NCBI GenBank assembly: GCA_963745875.1
Contig: CAVUZL010000008.1
Location: 20,427 to 84,426 of the forward strand
Direction of reading: 5' to 3'
Length of the DNA stretch: 64,000 bases
Origin: an uncultured Acidobacteriota bacterium
GTDB lineage: Bacteria > Acidobacteriota > Vicinamibacteria > Vicinamibacterales > CAVVIG01
Made by a program: the position numbers and the translations under genes. Of the stretch, positions 36,075-51,500 are shown one piece after another (positions within the stretch are counted from its first letter, which is position 1; every line of letters begins with the position of its first letter). Under the pieces are notes generated by a model. It searched no databases. It was not told the origin of the DNA and saw nothing but the letters and a program-made list of their open reading frames with translations.

Positions 36075-37487
36075 CTACATCTCCAGGTTATACGCTTCCT
36101 CGCCGTGTTCGGTGAGGTCGAGCCCTTCAGTCTCCTGACCCTCGTTGACGCGAATACCGACGACGAGATCGGTGACCTTCAGGATGACGATGGTGCCGAC
36201 CAGCGCGAAGGCCCAGGCGAGCGCGATGCCGACGAGCTGATAACCCAACTGGCCGCCGTTTCCGTCGATCAGGCCAACCGGCAGTGCGTGGTTCTGCGCG
36301 TCGTGAAAGATCGGATTGATCGCCTGGGTGGCGAACACGCCGGTCAGCAGCGCGCCGATCGTTCCGCCGGCGCCATGCACGCCAAACGCGTCCAGCGCAT
36401 CGTCGTAGCCGAAGATGCCCTTGACGAAGGTGACCATCAGGAAGCAGCCGATGCCACCGGCCAGACCGATGAGGAGCGCCGGCATCGGGGTGACGAAGCC
36501 GGACGCGGGCGTGATCGCGACGAGGCCGGCGACGGCGCCTGAAATGGCACCGAGGGCGCTCGGTCGTCCGCGTGTTACCCATTCAGCACCGAGCCACCCG
36601 ACGGTGGCGGCGGCAGCGGCGAAATGCGTGGCGACGAACGCGCTGGTCGCGAGGCCGTTCGAGGCGAGCGCACTGCCGGCGTTGAACCCGAACCAGCCGA
36701 CCCACAGCAGGCACGCGCCGATGAAGCTGAGCACCAGGCTGTGCGGCGGCATCGGATCCTTCGGGTAGCCGCTGCGTTTGCCGAGATACAGCGCGCACAC
36801 CAGCGCCGACACTCCGGAGGTGATGTGCACCACCGTGCCGCCGGCGAAATCGAGCGTCGGGAACCGGCCGCCGAGCGACGCGTTCAGCAGGCCGCCCTTG
36901 CCCCACACCATGTGCGCGAGCGGCGCGTAGACGCACAGGAACCACAGCGTCATGAACATCACCGTGCCGCGAAACGTCATCCGCTCCGCGGTGGCGCCGG
37001 TGATCAGCGCCGGCGTGATGATCGCGAACATCAGCTGGTAAATCATGAACGTCTGCTGCGGGATCGTGGCTCCGTAATCGGCGTTGGGATCGAGGCCGAC
37101 GCCGTGCAGCATCATGTGACTGAAGCCACCGATGATCGGCGTCCCCTCGCCGAAGCAGAGGCTATAGCCGACGATGCCCCACAGCACGGTAATAAGCGCC
37201 ATCATCGCGAAGCTCTGCATCATGATCGACAGGGTGTTCTTCTGCCGCACCAGCCCGCCGTAGAACAGCGCCAGGCCCGGGCCGGTCATCATCAGGACGA
37301 GCGCGGCGCTGATCAGCATCCAGGCGTTGTCCGCCGACGACTGCGCGGCGGCGATCTTCTGATCGAGCTTCGCGAGATCGGCAGCCGTGACGGTCGTGGC
37401 CGTGGTGGTGGCTGCCGGCTGCGCCAGCAGCGACGTCGCGGGCAGGAGCACGCAACAAAGAAGGAGTGCGGTGGCGATGGCCCTCAC
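36075..37487 (-). CDS. amt: Ammonium transporter (Amt family)
   Basis: The GTG at 37487 overlaps the PII stop (GTGA). The signal-like N-terminus is 'VRAIATALLLCCVLLPATSLLAQ'. 'AWMLISAALVLMMTGPGLALFYGG', 'DFAGGTVVHITSG' and 'DDALDAFGVHGAGG' are Amt signatures. The tracked 766-aa ORF is an upstream read-through artefact. Confidence 0.93.
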   Translation of the reverse strand: MRAIATALLLCCVLLPATSLLAQPAATTTATTVTAADLAKLDQKIAAAQSSADNAWMLISAALVLMMTGPGLALFYGGLVRQKNTLSIMMQSFAMMALITVLWGIVGYSLCFGEGTPIIGGFSHMMLHGVGLDPNADYGATIPQQTFMIYQLMFAIITPALITGATAERMTFRGTVMFMTLWFLCVYAPLAHMVWGKGGLLNASLGGRFPTLDFAGGTVVHITSGVSALVCALYLGKRSGYPKDPMPPHSLVLSFIGACLLWVGWFGFNAGSALASNGLATSAFVATHFAAAAATVGWLGAEWVTRGRPSALGAISGAVAGLVAITPASGFVTPMPALLIGLAGGIGCFLMVTFVKGIFGYDDALDAFGVHGAGGTIGALLTGVFATQAINPIFHDAQNHALPVGLIDGNGGQLGYQLVGIALAWAFALVGTIVILKVTDLVVGIRVNEGQETEGLDLTEHGEEAYNLEM

Positions 37488-37816
37488 CGATCGATCCTCT
37501 CGCCGGTGCGGATCCGATAGCTCTGCTCGACCGGGATGACGAAGACGCGGCCGTCGCCGATTTCGCCGGTCCTCGCCGCCTCGATAATCGCCGCGACCGC
37601 TTCGTCTACGAGCTCGTCGGGGACGACCACTTCGATTTCCATCTTCGGCAACAGGCTGACGTCGTATTCCTTGCCGCGGTAGATGGCCATGTGGCCCTTC
37701 TGTTTGCCGTGGCCACGCACCTCGGTGACCGTCATGCCTGGCAGGTTCACTCGCCCCAGTGCATCTTTCACATCGTCGACCTTGTTCGGCCGCACGATTG
37801 CCTTGATCAACTTCAT
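37484..37816 (-). CDS. Nitrogen regulatory protein P-II (GlnB/GlnK family)
   Basis: 110 aa. 'MKLIKAIVRPNKVDDVKDAL...MTVTEVRGHGKQKGHMAIYRGKEY' includes the T-loop Tyr. It lies directly upstream of amt. Confidence 0.95.
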   Translation of the reverse strand: MKLIKAIVRPNKVDDVKDALGRVNLPGMTVTEVRGHGKQKGHMAIYRGKEYDVSLLPKMEIEVVVPDELVDEAVAAIIEAARTGEIGDGRVFVIPVEQSYRIRTGERIDR

Positions 37817-40318
37817 CTATGCCTCCAGCATCCGAGGGAAATCCGCGATCAACTCGGCGATGGCCTGATCGGACAGCTTGGCGCCCGCCTGCGTGATATG
37901 GAATACGTCGATGGCCCGCTGGCCTTCGGTTGAAATCAGCACGAGACCGACGTCGCACCCGTGCGTCGAGATGATGCGGCTGACGCGATGCAGCAACCCG
38001 AGCACGTTGTCGGCGACGATGTCGAGAATCGTGTAGCGGTGCGACGATTGATTGTCCGCGTGAATCACCGGCGGCGTCGAGGTGACGCCGGGGCGGCGCC
38101 GATGCAGGACGCCACGCTCGCGGGACCGCACGGCCTCGGCCACATCGGTGCTGCCGACAATCGCCTCGCGAAGCGCAGCGAGAAACCGTTCCTGTCCGCT
38201 GGCGTTCAGCTCGAGGAACCGTTCGTGGTCGGCGAACTGAAAGACGTCGAGCACGAGACCGTTCGGGCTGGTCATCGCCTGACCGCGAGTGATGTCCATG
38301 CCGAAACTGGACAGCGTTCCGCAGATGTTCGAGAACAAGCTCGGCTTGTCGAGCGTGACGACGGTCAGCTCCCACAACGACCCCTTCCGCTGCAGGTCGG
38401 TGTGGACGTCATCAGGCTTGATGTCGCGCGACAGGCGAATGTGCCGATAGATGGCGTCCGGCGAGAACAGTCGCAGGTACCGGCGGGGCAGGCCCTCGAC
38501 GAACCGTGCGATCTCGGCGTCGGTGACGTCGGCGGGACGGCCGGCGACCAGCGCGCGCACACCGGCTTCGCGTTGTTCGATGCGGTCGTCAGCGTAGCCG
38601 AGCGTCAGGTGGTTGTAGGTGTCCACGTACAGGCGCCACAGCAGCTCCTCGCGCCACGGCGTCAGCGTTTCCGGATTCACGGCTTCGATGTCGACCAGCG
38701 TCAGCAGGCAGAGCATCTTCAGCCGCTCTTCGATGCCGACCAGGTCCGCGAGCTGACGGACCATTTCGGGGTCGTCGGTGTCGCGTCGGAATGCGATCAA
38801 CGACATCCTGGTGTGGTTGCGGATCAGGAACTCGACCAGCGCCATCGACTCGGCGGGGAGCTGCAGGCGCTGCATCACGTCGATCGCCATCCGCACGCTC
38901 TCGGCCGAGTGATTCTCGGCGTCGCGCCACTTGCCGACGTCGTGGAACAGCAGCGCCATCACCAGTAGTTCCGGATGCGCGAGGTCGGCGATCAACGAGC
39001 TGAAGCGTTCGCGCCCTTTGACCGAGCGGCTGGCCAGCCGTTCGAGATTCCTGATCGTCAGGAGCGTGTGCTCGTCTACGGTGTACTTGTGGTAGAAGTC
39101 GCGCACCACACGGCAGAAAATCGCCTGAAATTCAGGGAACATCCGACCGAGCAGCCCGCAGTCGTGCATCTCCGACAGGCGGGCGTAGAGTCCGGCACGC
39201 GGCTTGAGAAATTCGAGCAGCGCGTCGCGTTCGACCGGGGTCGGGAAGAATTCCTCGGGCGCGCGACGATCCACTCGTTGCTGAATCCAGGTGCGCGTCT
39301 CGTCGGCGACCGGCACGTTCGATTCGATCGCGGCCTGGAACAGCGACAACCACCGCTCGGGATGGTTTTCGACAGCCTCTGTGTCCACGAACCGGATGCC
39401 GTTGCCATCGCGGGAACGCACCAGGTTGACGCCAACCGGAACAGGCGCCGCCTGACGAATCCATGCGAGCGACCGACTGACGACGCGCGCGTGCCGGAAG
39501 TAGTCGCCCATCAGACGCTCGACCTGCTGGCGAGGCCCGCCGGTGTAGCCCATCACCGCCGCGACCTGTTCCTGAATCTCGTGCAGGAGATCGTTGCGGT
39601 GGCGCTTGTGCGCGACGTGCACCACGGATCGCAGCCGCTGCAGGAATTCGGCCGCCTCGTCGAGCTTGATTCGATCGCTGAGACCGCGATCGAGCAACGC
39701 CGGATCGGTCAGGGCCGCGATCGTCCGCGCGGCGAGCAGATCCCGGAGCGCCCCAGGCGCGTCTTTCACATCGGGTTCGAGCTGATAGAACGTGTCGTTG
39801 AATCGCGCGTGGCGCTCGTCGATCAGGTGCGTCAGCGCGTCAACGATACGGGCGCGCGCATCCGGAGTGCGGACGAGGGCGGAGACACGTTCGAGCAGCG
39901 CTGAGTCGCCGGCCACGGCCCGCGCGTCGAGCAGCGCGAGCAGGAACTTCGGGTTGTCGATTTCGAGCTCGATGAATTCGTCCGCCTGGCGGACCTGATG
40001 ACCGACTGAGAACTGCAGATCCCACAGAGGGTGAAGGACGGCGCGGACACGCGCCTCCTCGGCGGGACCAATGGTGCCGTCGAACAACAGCAGGATGTCG
40101 ATGTCCGAGTAGAGGCAGAGCTGACGACGGCCGTAGCCGCCGAGAGCCACCAGGACTCCAGCGCTCGCGGCTGCAGGAGCCTCGTCCCAGAGGCGCTGCA
40201 AAAGGCTGTCGACGCATCCTGAGAAGGCTTCGAGTGCACTGGCGCCGCCTTCGCCCCGTCCGCTCGCCGCGAGAAGCTCCACGCGCGCGGTTTCCACGCT
40301 GGAGAGCGACGTCGCCAT
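37817..40318 (-). CDS. glnD: [Protein-PII] uridylyltransferase/uridylyl-removing enzyme
   Basis: 833 aa. The nucleotidyltransferase motif is 'GGYGRRQLCLYSDIDILLLF' and the HD domain is 'ALLFHDVGK'. Two C-terminal ACT-like domains follow. Confidence 0.93.
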   Translation of the reverse strand: MATSLSSVETARVELLAASGRGEGGASALEAFSGCVDSLLQRLWDEAPAAASAGVLVALGGYGRRQLCLYSDIDILLLFDGTIGPAEEARVRAVLHPLWDLQFSVGHQVRQADEFIELEIDNPKFLLALLDARAVAGDSALLERVSALVRTPDARARIVDALTHLIDERHARFNDTFYQLEPDVKDAPGALRDLLAARTIAALTDPALLDRGLSDRIKLDEAAEFLQRLRSVVHVAHKRHRNDLLHEIQEQVAAVMGYTGGPRQQVERLMGDYFRHARVVSRSLAWIRQAAPVPVGVNLVRSRDGNGIRFVDTEAVENHPERWLSLFQAAIESNVPVADETRTWIQQRVDRRAPEEFFPTPVERDALLEFLKPRAGLYARLSEMHDCGLLGRMFPEFQAIFCRVVRDFYHKYTVDEHTLLTIRNLERLASRSVKGRERFSSLIADLAHPELLVMALLFHDVGKWRDAENHSAESVRMAIDVMQRLQLPAESMALVEFLIRNHTRMSLIAFRRDTDDPEMVRQLADLVGIEERLKMLCLLTLVDIEAVNPETLTPWREELLWRLYVDTYNHLTLGYADDRIEQREAGVRALVAGRPADVTDAEIARFVEGLPRRYLRLFSPDAIYRHIRLSRDIKPDDVHTDLQRKGSLWELTVVTLDKPSLFSNICGTLSSFGMDITRGQAMTSPNGLVLDVFQFADHERFLELNASGQERFLAALREAIVGSTDVAEAVRSRERGVLHRRRPGVTSTPPVIHADNQSSHRYTILDIVADNVLGLLHRVSRIISTHGCDVGLVLISTEGQRAIDVFHITQAGAKLSDQAIAELIADFPRMLEA

Positions 40319-40321
40319 TGG

Positions 40322-41714
40322 CTAGGCTACGGGCGCAGGCAGCGACGAGCTGCCCATCAGATACGCGTCAACGCCGCGGGCACTGCTGCGGCCATCGGCG
40401 ATCGCCCAGACGATCAGCGATTGGCCGCGCTGCATGTCGCCGGCGGCAAACACGCCCGGCACATTCGTCATCCAGTTCGAATCGCGCGCGACCGTGCCGC
40501 GCTCGGTGAGCGCGATGCCGAGTCCGTCGATGATGCCGTTGCGCTCCGGCCCGACAAAGCCCATCGCCAGCAGCACGAGGTCGGCGTCGAAATCGACGGT
40601 CTTTTTCGTTTCGGTCTCAATCGCGTGCAGGCGGGCAACACGGCCGTCCGCGCCGGCGGAAAAGCGCTCCGTCGCGATCGCGTAGTGTCGTTCGCCGCCT
40701 TCTTCGTGTGCGCCTGACACGCGGAAGATGTTCGGCCAGGTCGGCCACGGGTTGCTCGACGCGCGCGTGTCGGGCGGACGCTGCAGCAGTTCCAGCTGCC
40801 GCACGCTCCTGGCGCCCTGACGATGAGCGGTGCCGAGGCAGTCAGCCCCGGTATCGCCGCCGCCGATGATGATCACGTGCTTGTCCCGGGCACTGATCAC
40901 TTCGACTGCGTCACCCTCGCTGGCCTTGTTCTGAACCGTCAGATACTCCATCGCGAAATGGATGCCGGCGAATTCGCGGCCTGGCACGCGCAGGTCGCGC
41001 GGTACGGTCGAGCCGCCCGCGACCACGATCGCGTCGTATTCCTTTTTCAGCTGCTGCGCGTCCACGTTGACGCCGACATGGCTGTTGGTGCGGAAGGTGA
41101 CGCCTTCCTCGCGCATCAGCGCCAGCCGGCGCTCGAGCCAGCGCTTCTCCAGCTTGAATTCAGGGATGCCGTAGCGCAGCAGGCCGCCAATCCGATCGGC
41201 GCGCTCGAGCACCGTGACGAGATGCCCGGCGTGGTTCAACTGATCGGCCGCAGCCAGTCCGGCCGGTCCCGAACCCACTACCGCGACCCGCTTGCCGGTG
41301 CGGATCGCCGGCGGCTTTGCGACCACCCATCCCTCTTCGAAGGCGCGCTCGATAATCGCGTTCTCCGCGTACTTGATCGTGACCGGCGAGTTGTTGATCC
41401 CCAGCACGCAGGATCCTTCGCACGGCGCGGGACACAATCGCCCGGTGAACTCGGGAAAATTGTTGGTCGCGTGCAGCCGCTCGATCGCGGCGTCCCACCG
41501 GTTGCGGTAGACCAGATCGTTCCAGTCGGGAATCAGATTGCCGAGCGGACAGCCCTGATGGCAGAACGGGATGCCGCAGTCCATGCAGCGGCCGGTCTGG
41601 TCCCTCAGCGCCGACTCTTCATACGGGATCGGCACCTCGCGCCAGTCGCGGAGGCGCTCGGCAATCGGTCGCGACGCGGGCTTCTGCCGCTGGACCTCGA
41701 TGAAACCCGTGACC

Positions 41715-41722
<8 letters not shown>
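40322..41722 (-). CDS. gltD: Glutamate synthase small subunit
   Basis: 466 aa. The Fe-S region is '[24 protein letters not shown]' and the dinucleotide fold is '[18 protein letters not shown]'. The start overlaps the gltB stop by 8 nt. Confidence 0.95.
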
Positions 41723-46249
<4,527 letters not shown>

Positions 46250-46397
46250 GGAACGCCAGTTATTACAGGGCTTGAGCTAGAAGTAAAATACAATCATCCG
46301 ATTGAACCCATGCCTTTGGGGAATGGGTTCCATCATGCGTACCGCTTCTCGGTGGGATGCTCAAATCGGAGCCGGATGAGCCGGGAAGGCGACCGGC

Positions 46398-48518
46398 TCA
46401 GGGCTGGCGAATCAGTGCGTGGCCGGGCGCCGGGTGCTGAAAGTGCCGTTCGTACCAGGCGATGCTTCGTTCGATCATGTCGATGGTGTGACCGGTCTCG
46501 CGGATGCCGTGGCCCTCGCGCGGATAACGGACCATGATCGTTTCGACGCCGACATCACGTAAGGCGATGTAGAACTGCTCCGCCTCGGCGATTGGGACAT
46601 CGTTATCGTTCTCGCCGTGCACGAACATCGTCGGCGTCTTGACGCGGTTGGCGTAGCGAATGGCCGAGCGCTCCCACAACTTGTCGATGATCCCGTTCTG
46701 GTGCGGAAACCCGCCGTACTCCACCGCCAGGTAGTCGTGGTAGTACGAGAGATAGTTCTGGGTCACGAGATTGGAGATACCGGCAGTGGGAATCGCGGCG
46801 CTGAACCGGTCGGTCTGGGTGATGATCCAGTTCGCGAGCTGACCGCCGTAACTACCGCCTTCGAGGCCCATTTTCTGGCCGTCGAGCCACGGGTAGCGCT
46901 TGAGCGCGGCATCGACGCCGGCCACGACGTCCTTGGCTTCGCCGCCGTCCTGGTCGGCAAAAATCGCGTCCGTCAGCTTCTGACCGTAACCGGTTGAACC
47001 GCGGTAGTTCACCATGAGCGAGGCCCAGCCGCGAGCGGCGTACAGCTGCGCCTTGGCGTTGAATTCGGGGCCCTGCTGGCCGTGCGGACCGCCGTGCATC
47101 ATGACGATCAGCGGATGCTTCGATCCGGTGGCGATCTCGACCGGCTTGGTCAGGAATGCCTCGATCGGTGTGCCGTCGAAGCTGGCAAATGTAAACGCCT
47201 CGACGCCGCCGATTTTCTTGCCCTTCAGGAGCTGCTGATTCAATGTGGTGACCGCGACAGGGGCACTCACACTTCTCGCGATGTGGAGTTCCGACGGACC
47301 CTCCGGCGTGGCCAGCGCGTAGGCCATCGTCCAGGAACCACCCTGATCGGCGCGCGACCAGGCTCCGATCGATCCGTTGTCTCCCAGCGCGAGTTCGGCC
47401 CTGCCGCCGCCGGCGGGCACTTTGTAGAGATGGGTCTGGCCCTTCTCCTGCAGACTGAAATAGATCGTGCGGCTGTCGCCGGACCAGCGGGGCGTGCCCT
47501 GACGATTGTCGAGCGAGTCGCCGAGCGAGTGACGATCGCTGCCGTCGGCGTTCGCCACCCAGACATGCGTGTCCTCCATCGTGGTTTCCGAGGAGGTTAA
47601 CGACCGGGTCGTGCCCGAATACGCGATCCGCTTGCCGTCGGGCGACCAGCTTGGATGGTATTCAGCGTTCTTCGTCTGCGTCAGCTGCGCGATCGCGCCG
47701 TCGGCGACGCGGACCGTGAAGATGTCGTAATTGAAAAAACGATCCGGATCGGGTTCGTGATTGGACACGAACAGGATCCGATCGCCCGCAGGAGACCAGT
47801 CCAGTGAATGCTCGTAGTAGTCGCCGGTGGTGAGCTGCTTGACTGAACCCGACGCCAGATCGGCGACGAAAATATGCAGCCGCCGGTTGTCGTTGAAACG
47901 GGTCAGCCCTTCCGAAGCCGTCGGCTTGTACAAGTAGCGGGTGATCACCATCGGATCGCCGTTGGCGTCCTGCTCGGGTCCGGCGGTGGCGGACACGAAC
48001 GCGATGCTCCTGGCATCCGGCGACCAGGCGAGCTGGTCGCCAGACGATGGCAGTGGGTGGTTTGTGCTCTGGATCGGCGCGACGAACCGCGGTTGTGATC
48101 CATCGGCGCCGGCGACGAACAGCCCGAAGCGCTGGCCATCGCCTCCGACGTAGGCGATCGACCGGCCATCCGGCGAGTAGCGCGGCGTGGACGCCGAGCC
48201 GCCGGAACCGCCCAGACGGTTCGATGCGCGGGTTGACAGATTCATCACCCAGACCTGCGAGTACGGCCGGCCAGGCTTGTCGCTGTTCACCACTGCATAG
48301 GCGACACTCGAACCGTTGGGAGACAGCTGCACGTCGCCTATGGAGCGGAGATGATAAACGTCGGTCACCTGCAGTCTGTCGCCGGTCGACGGCGGAGGAA
48401 TCGCAGGGGCGGGCTGCACAATCGGCTGCGCCGAGATGTCGCGTGAAATGTGGTGATAGCCGGCAGCGGCGGCCAAACTGGCAATCAGGACGCCGATCGT
48501 CGCCGTGTACCGCCTCAT
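46398..48518 (-). CDS. S9-family serine peptidase with an N-terminal beta-propeller (prolyl oligopeptidase / TolB-like)
   Basis: 706 aa with the signal peptide 'IGVLIASLAAAAG'. WD40-like 'SPDG' repeats are present. The catalytic Ser is in 'GLEGGSYGG', Asp in 'HGENDNDVP' and His in 'YPREGHGI'. Confidence 0.9.
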   Translation of the reverse strand: MRRYTATIGVLIASLAAAAGYHHISRDISAQPIVQPAPAIPPPSTGDRLQVTDVYHLRSIGDVQLSPNGSSVAYAVVNSDKPGRPYSQVWVMNLSTRASNRLGGSGGSASTPRYSPDGRSIAYVGGDGQRFGLFVAGADGSQPRFVAPIQSTNHPLPSSGDQLAWSPDARSIAFVSATAGPEQDANGDPMVITRYLYKPTASEGLTRFNDNRRLHIFVADLASGSVKQLTTGDYYEHSLDWSPAGDRILFVSNHEPDPDRFFNYDIFTVRVADGAIAQLTQTKNAEYHPSWSPDGKRIAYSGTTRSLTSSETTMEDTHVWVANADGSDRHSLGDSLDNRQGTPRWSGDSRTIYFSLQEKGQTHLYKVPAGGGRAELALGDNGSIGAWSRADQGGSWTMAYALATPEGPSELHIARSVSAPVAVTTLNQQLLKGKKIGGVEAFTFASFDGTPIEAFLTKPVEIATGSKHPLIVMMHGGPHGQQGPEFNAKAQLYAARGWASLMVNYRGSTGYGQKLTDAIFADQDGGEAKDVVAGVDAALKRYPWLDGQKMGLEGGSYGGQLANWIITQTDRFSAAIPTAGISNLVTQNYLSYYHDYLAVEYGGFPHQNGIIDKLWERSAIRYANRVKTPTMFVHGENDNDVPIAEAEQFYIALRDVGVETIMVRYPREGHGIRETGHTIDMIERSIAWYERHFQHPAPGHALIRQP

Positions 48519-48548
48519 GTCATCACGTCCTTGGAGACGTTGTTGCTT

Positions 48549-51500
48549 TTACCTGAAACGCACGCGGAAATGGAAGGCGTTGGTCGCTTCGTCCTTGCTC
48601 TGTCTGGTCTCGTACTCCACGGTGTACTCGAGGCCTGAGCCGGTGCGAACGGTCAGGCCGAACAAACCGTTGTAGGTGTCGATCGGCACCTGCGCGCCCA
48701 CGACGTCGAACTGGCTGTTGGGCACGCCCTGGAACTTCACGTCGGCGACGTTGGTGATGTCGCCGTAGGTGTGGTGATAGCTGACGAGGATGTTCGGGCG
48801 CCAGTTGCCGCTGCGGCGGAAGGCGTGAAAATCGACGTTGGCGTCACGGGTCTGGAAGATCGTCGCGAGAGCATCGAGCGAAATCGAATCGGCACCGGTT
48901 TCAGAATACGGCTGACGATCGAGGTGCGTGGCACGGTAGCCGACCTTCGAGTCGAAGGTCCAGGTGTCCGATTTCTGGGTGCTCTGCACTTCGGTCCAGG
49001 CTTCGCGCACGTCGGCAACCTGCTCGCTGGTCGCGTCGCGATCGATACCGTTCGACAGCGGCGTTGGATTGCCGTTGACGTCGGGAACCGTCGCCGCGAA
49101 GTTGATGTTGCGAGTGGTCGACATCTTGATGTGCGCGAGGCTGCCGCCGCCGTGAATCTTGATGAAACCGAGGCCGTATCCCGAATAGCCAAAGACATGC
49201 GGCGACGTCATCGTGCTCGATCCGCTGATCTCGGTGAGCGACAGGCCACCCAGGCTCAGCGATCCGCCGCCGCCCAGGGTCAACGCCGGCGACATCTTGA
49301 AGTCGTAGCCGGCGCCGCTGCCGCCGACGTTGGCGCCGCCGGCGCTGGCGCCGTCACCTTTGAAGCTGGTATGCGACGCCGCCAACTGCAGCCACGGTTG
49401 TCCGGCGCGGCTGAACGGCTTGCCGGCGGCTTTGTCGGCCTCGGCTTTGTCGTCCATCCCATGTTCGAAGTCGGACAGTGAATCCTTGACCAGTTCGACG
49501 GTGCCCTGCGAGTCGATCTGCGTCATGCGCAGCACGCTCGAGTGAATTTCTCCCGACAGCTGTTCCAGCGCGTTCTCGAGCTGCGGTCCGCTCAACGCGG
49601 TCAGCTCTCGCACTACGGCGGCGTAGTCTCCGGTAACGCCGAACTTCGTGCGGTCGACCGCCTTGCCCACCGCGCCAGGGTTTCGACCGGTCACCGATGT
49701 AGACAAAGGCGTCGCGATGTTGAGGATCGTGACCATCAGGTCGTTGCCGTCGGTCCTCAATATGGGCAGCAGCGAAGTCGAGGGGGTGCTGACGTCGTTC
49801 TGCGTCGCAGTGACACCTTTCTGCGCGGTCAGCGCCAGATAGGTCGCGGCGCGCGACGGGTTCGGGTCGTCAATCGATACCAGAAGGTGGGTGCCGGTCA
49901 GCGTCGCGGTTCCGGCAACCTGTACCGGCGCAGCGGCGCCTTGCGCTACGGTAACCGCGAGCGTCGATCCGGGAACGGTCGTCAGGTTGCCGTTGATGAA
50001 CAACGTCGGAACTGTTTTGGCTGTGGCGGCGGTCACGATGCCGCCCGCGCCGGCCGCGAAACGCACCGCGTTGAATCCGCTCGTCGAACTGCCGGGGGCG
50101 GACACGTTCACGGTGCCGGCCAGGTTCAGGTTCCCCGTGATGGTGCCGGACAAGTTGTAGGTGCCGTTTGCTCCGAGCGTCATGTCGCCGAGCACCGCGC
50201 CGTTCATTGCGAACAGACCTTTTGAGCCAACCGAAATGCCGCCGCCGACGATACCGTTGAGGATGAAGTTGGCGCCCGACCCGACGGCTACACTGCCGGC
50301 CATGTTGCCGTTCACCGTCAACCCGCCCTCGTCTACCGTGGTCAAGCCGGTCATCGGCGTGTTGCCGTTGATGGTGACCGTGCCGGCGCCGAACTTGTCG
50401 AGTGTGCCGGATCCCGTGATGACGCCGTTGAACGTGCCGTTGTTGTCCTGCCTGAACGCCATCGCTGAGTTGTTGACGATGCCGCCCTGCAGGCTGGCGG
50501 TTGTGCCGGAGAGCGAGCCGGCCGCGATCAGCGTGCCGCCCGAGTACGAGTTGTTGCCGGACAACGTCAGGATGCCGTTGCCGTTCTTGAGCAGCGCACC
50601 GGAGCCGGTCATCGTTCCGGCGTAGGTGCCGTCCGCCGACTGCGTGAAGAGCACTGAGGCGTTGTTGACGATCGTCCCAGTCAGGCTGGTCGCGTCCCCC
50701 GCGAGCGTGCCACCCAATACCGTGGTGCCGCCGGAGTATGTGTTCGCGCCACTGAGGTTCAGCGTCCCGCCGCCATTTTTCGTAACACTGCCCGCTCCAG
50801 TGATGGTCCCGGCGAAGGCCGAGCTCGAACCATCGCCGCCGACGACGACGGTCGCACCGCCGGACAGCGCGAGTCCGCCGGCGCCAGCCAACTGATTGAT
50901 CGTCTGGTTGCCGCCGACGACGTCGAGCTCCGCGCCGGGCGAAACCGATACCAGTCCGCTCGCGCCGAGCGAGTTGTTGCCGCCGGCAATCAGGCGGCCG
51001 GCCTGAATCTGTGTGATGCCCGCAAAGGAATTGGATCCGGTCAGCGTCAGCACACCGACACCGGCTTTCGTCAGGCCGCCGGCGCCGCTGATGCCGCCGC
51101 TCAACGTCGCGTTGGTGCCACCGGAGGTGTCGACAATGAGTCCGCCGCCATTGATCACGATTGGCCGAGCTGACGAGAATGAGGCGGCGTCGATCGCGAG
51201 CGTGCCGCTGGTCGTGGCGGTGCCGGCGGTGAGGCCGGCGCCAAGCGAGCCGAGCGCCGCGTCCGCGCTCACAAGTACGGTTCCGCTGGTCAACGCCAGG
51301 CCACCGGAGAACGTGTTCGCCCCGGTGAGTGCGAGCGTGCCTCCTCCCGCTTTGGTGAGTCCGCCCGATCCGCTGATCGATCCGGCAAACGTACTACTCG
51401 ATCCATCGCTGCCTATGATCAGGTTGGCGCCGCCGATAACCACGCCTCCGCCACCTGACAAGGAATTGAACGCGCGATCGTACCCGCCGAGATCCGCGGT

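Noticed and set aside
36075-38375. 766-aa ORF suggesting a large Amt fusion protein
   Set aside because: The first roughly 296 codons are Arg-rich read-through that overlaps the PII and glnD genes in another frame. The Amt protein starts at the GTG at 37487.
46369-46399. Hairpin gagccgg-N8-ccggctc (read on the minus strand) overlapping the S9 peptidase stop, as a possible terminator
   Set aside because: The stem is visible, but there is no U-tract and the gltB promoter region follows immediately. The function is too uncertain to list as a feature.
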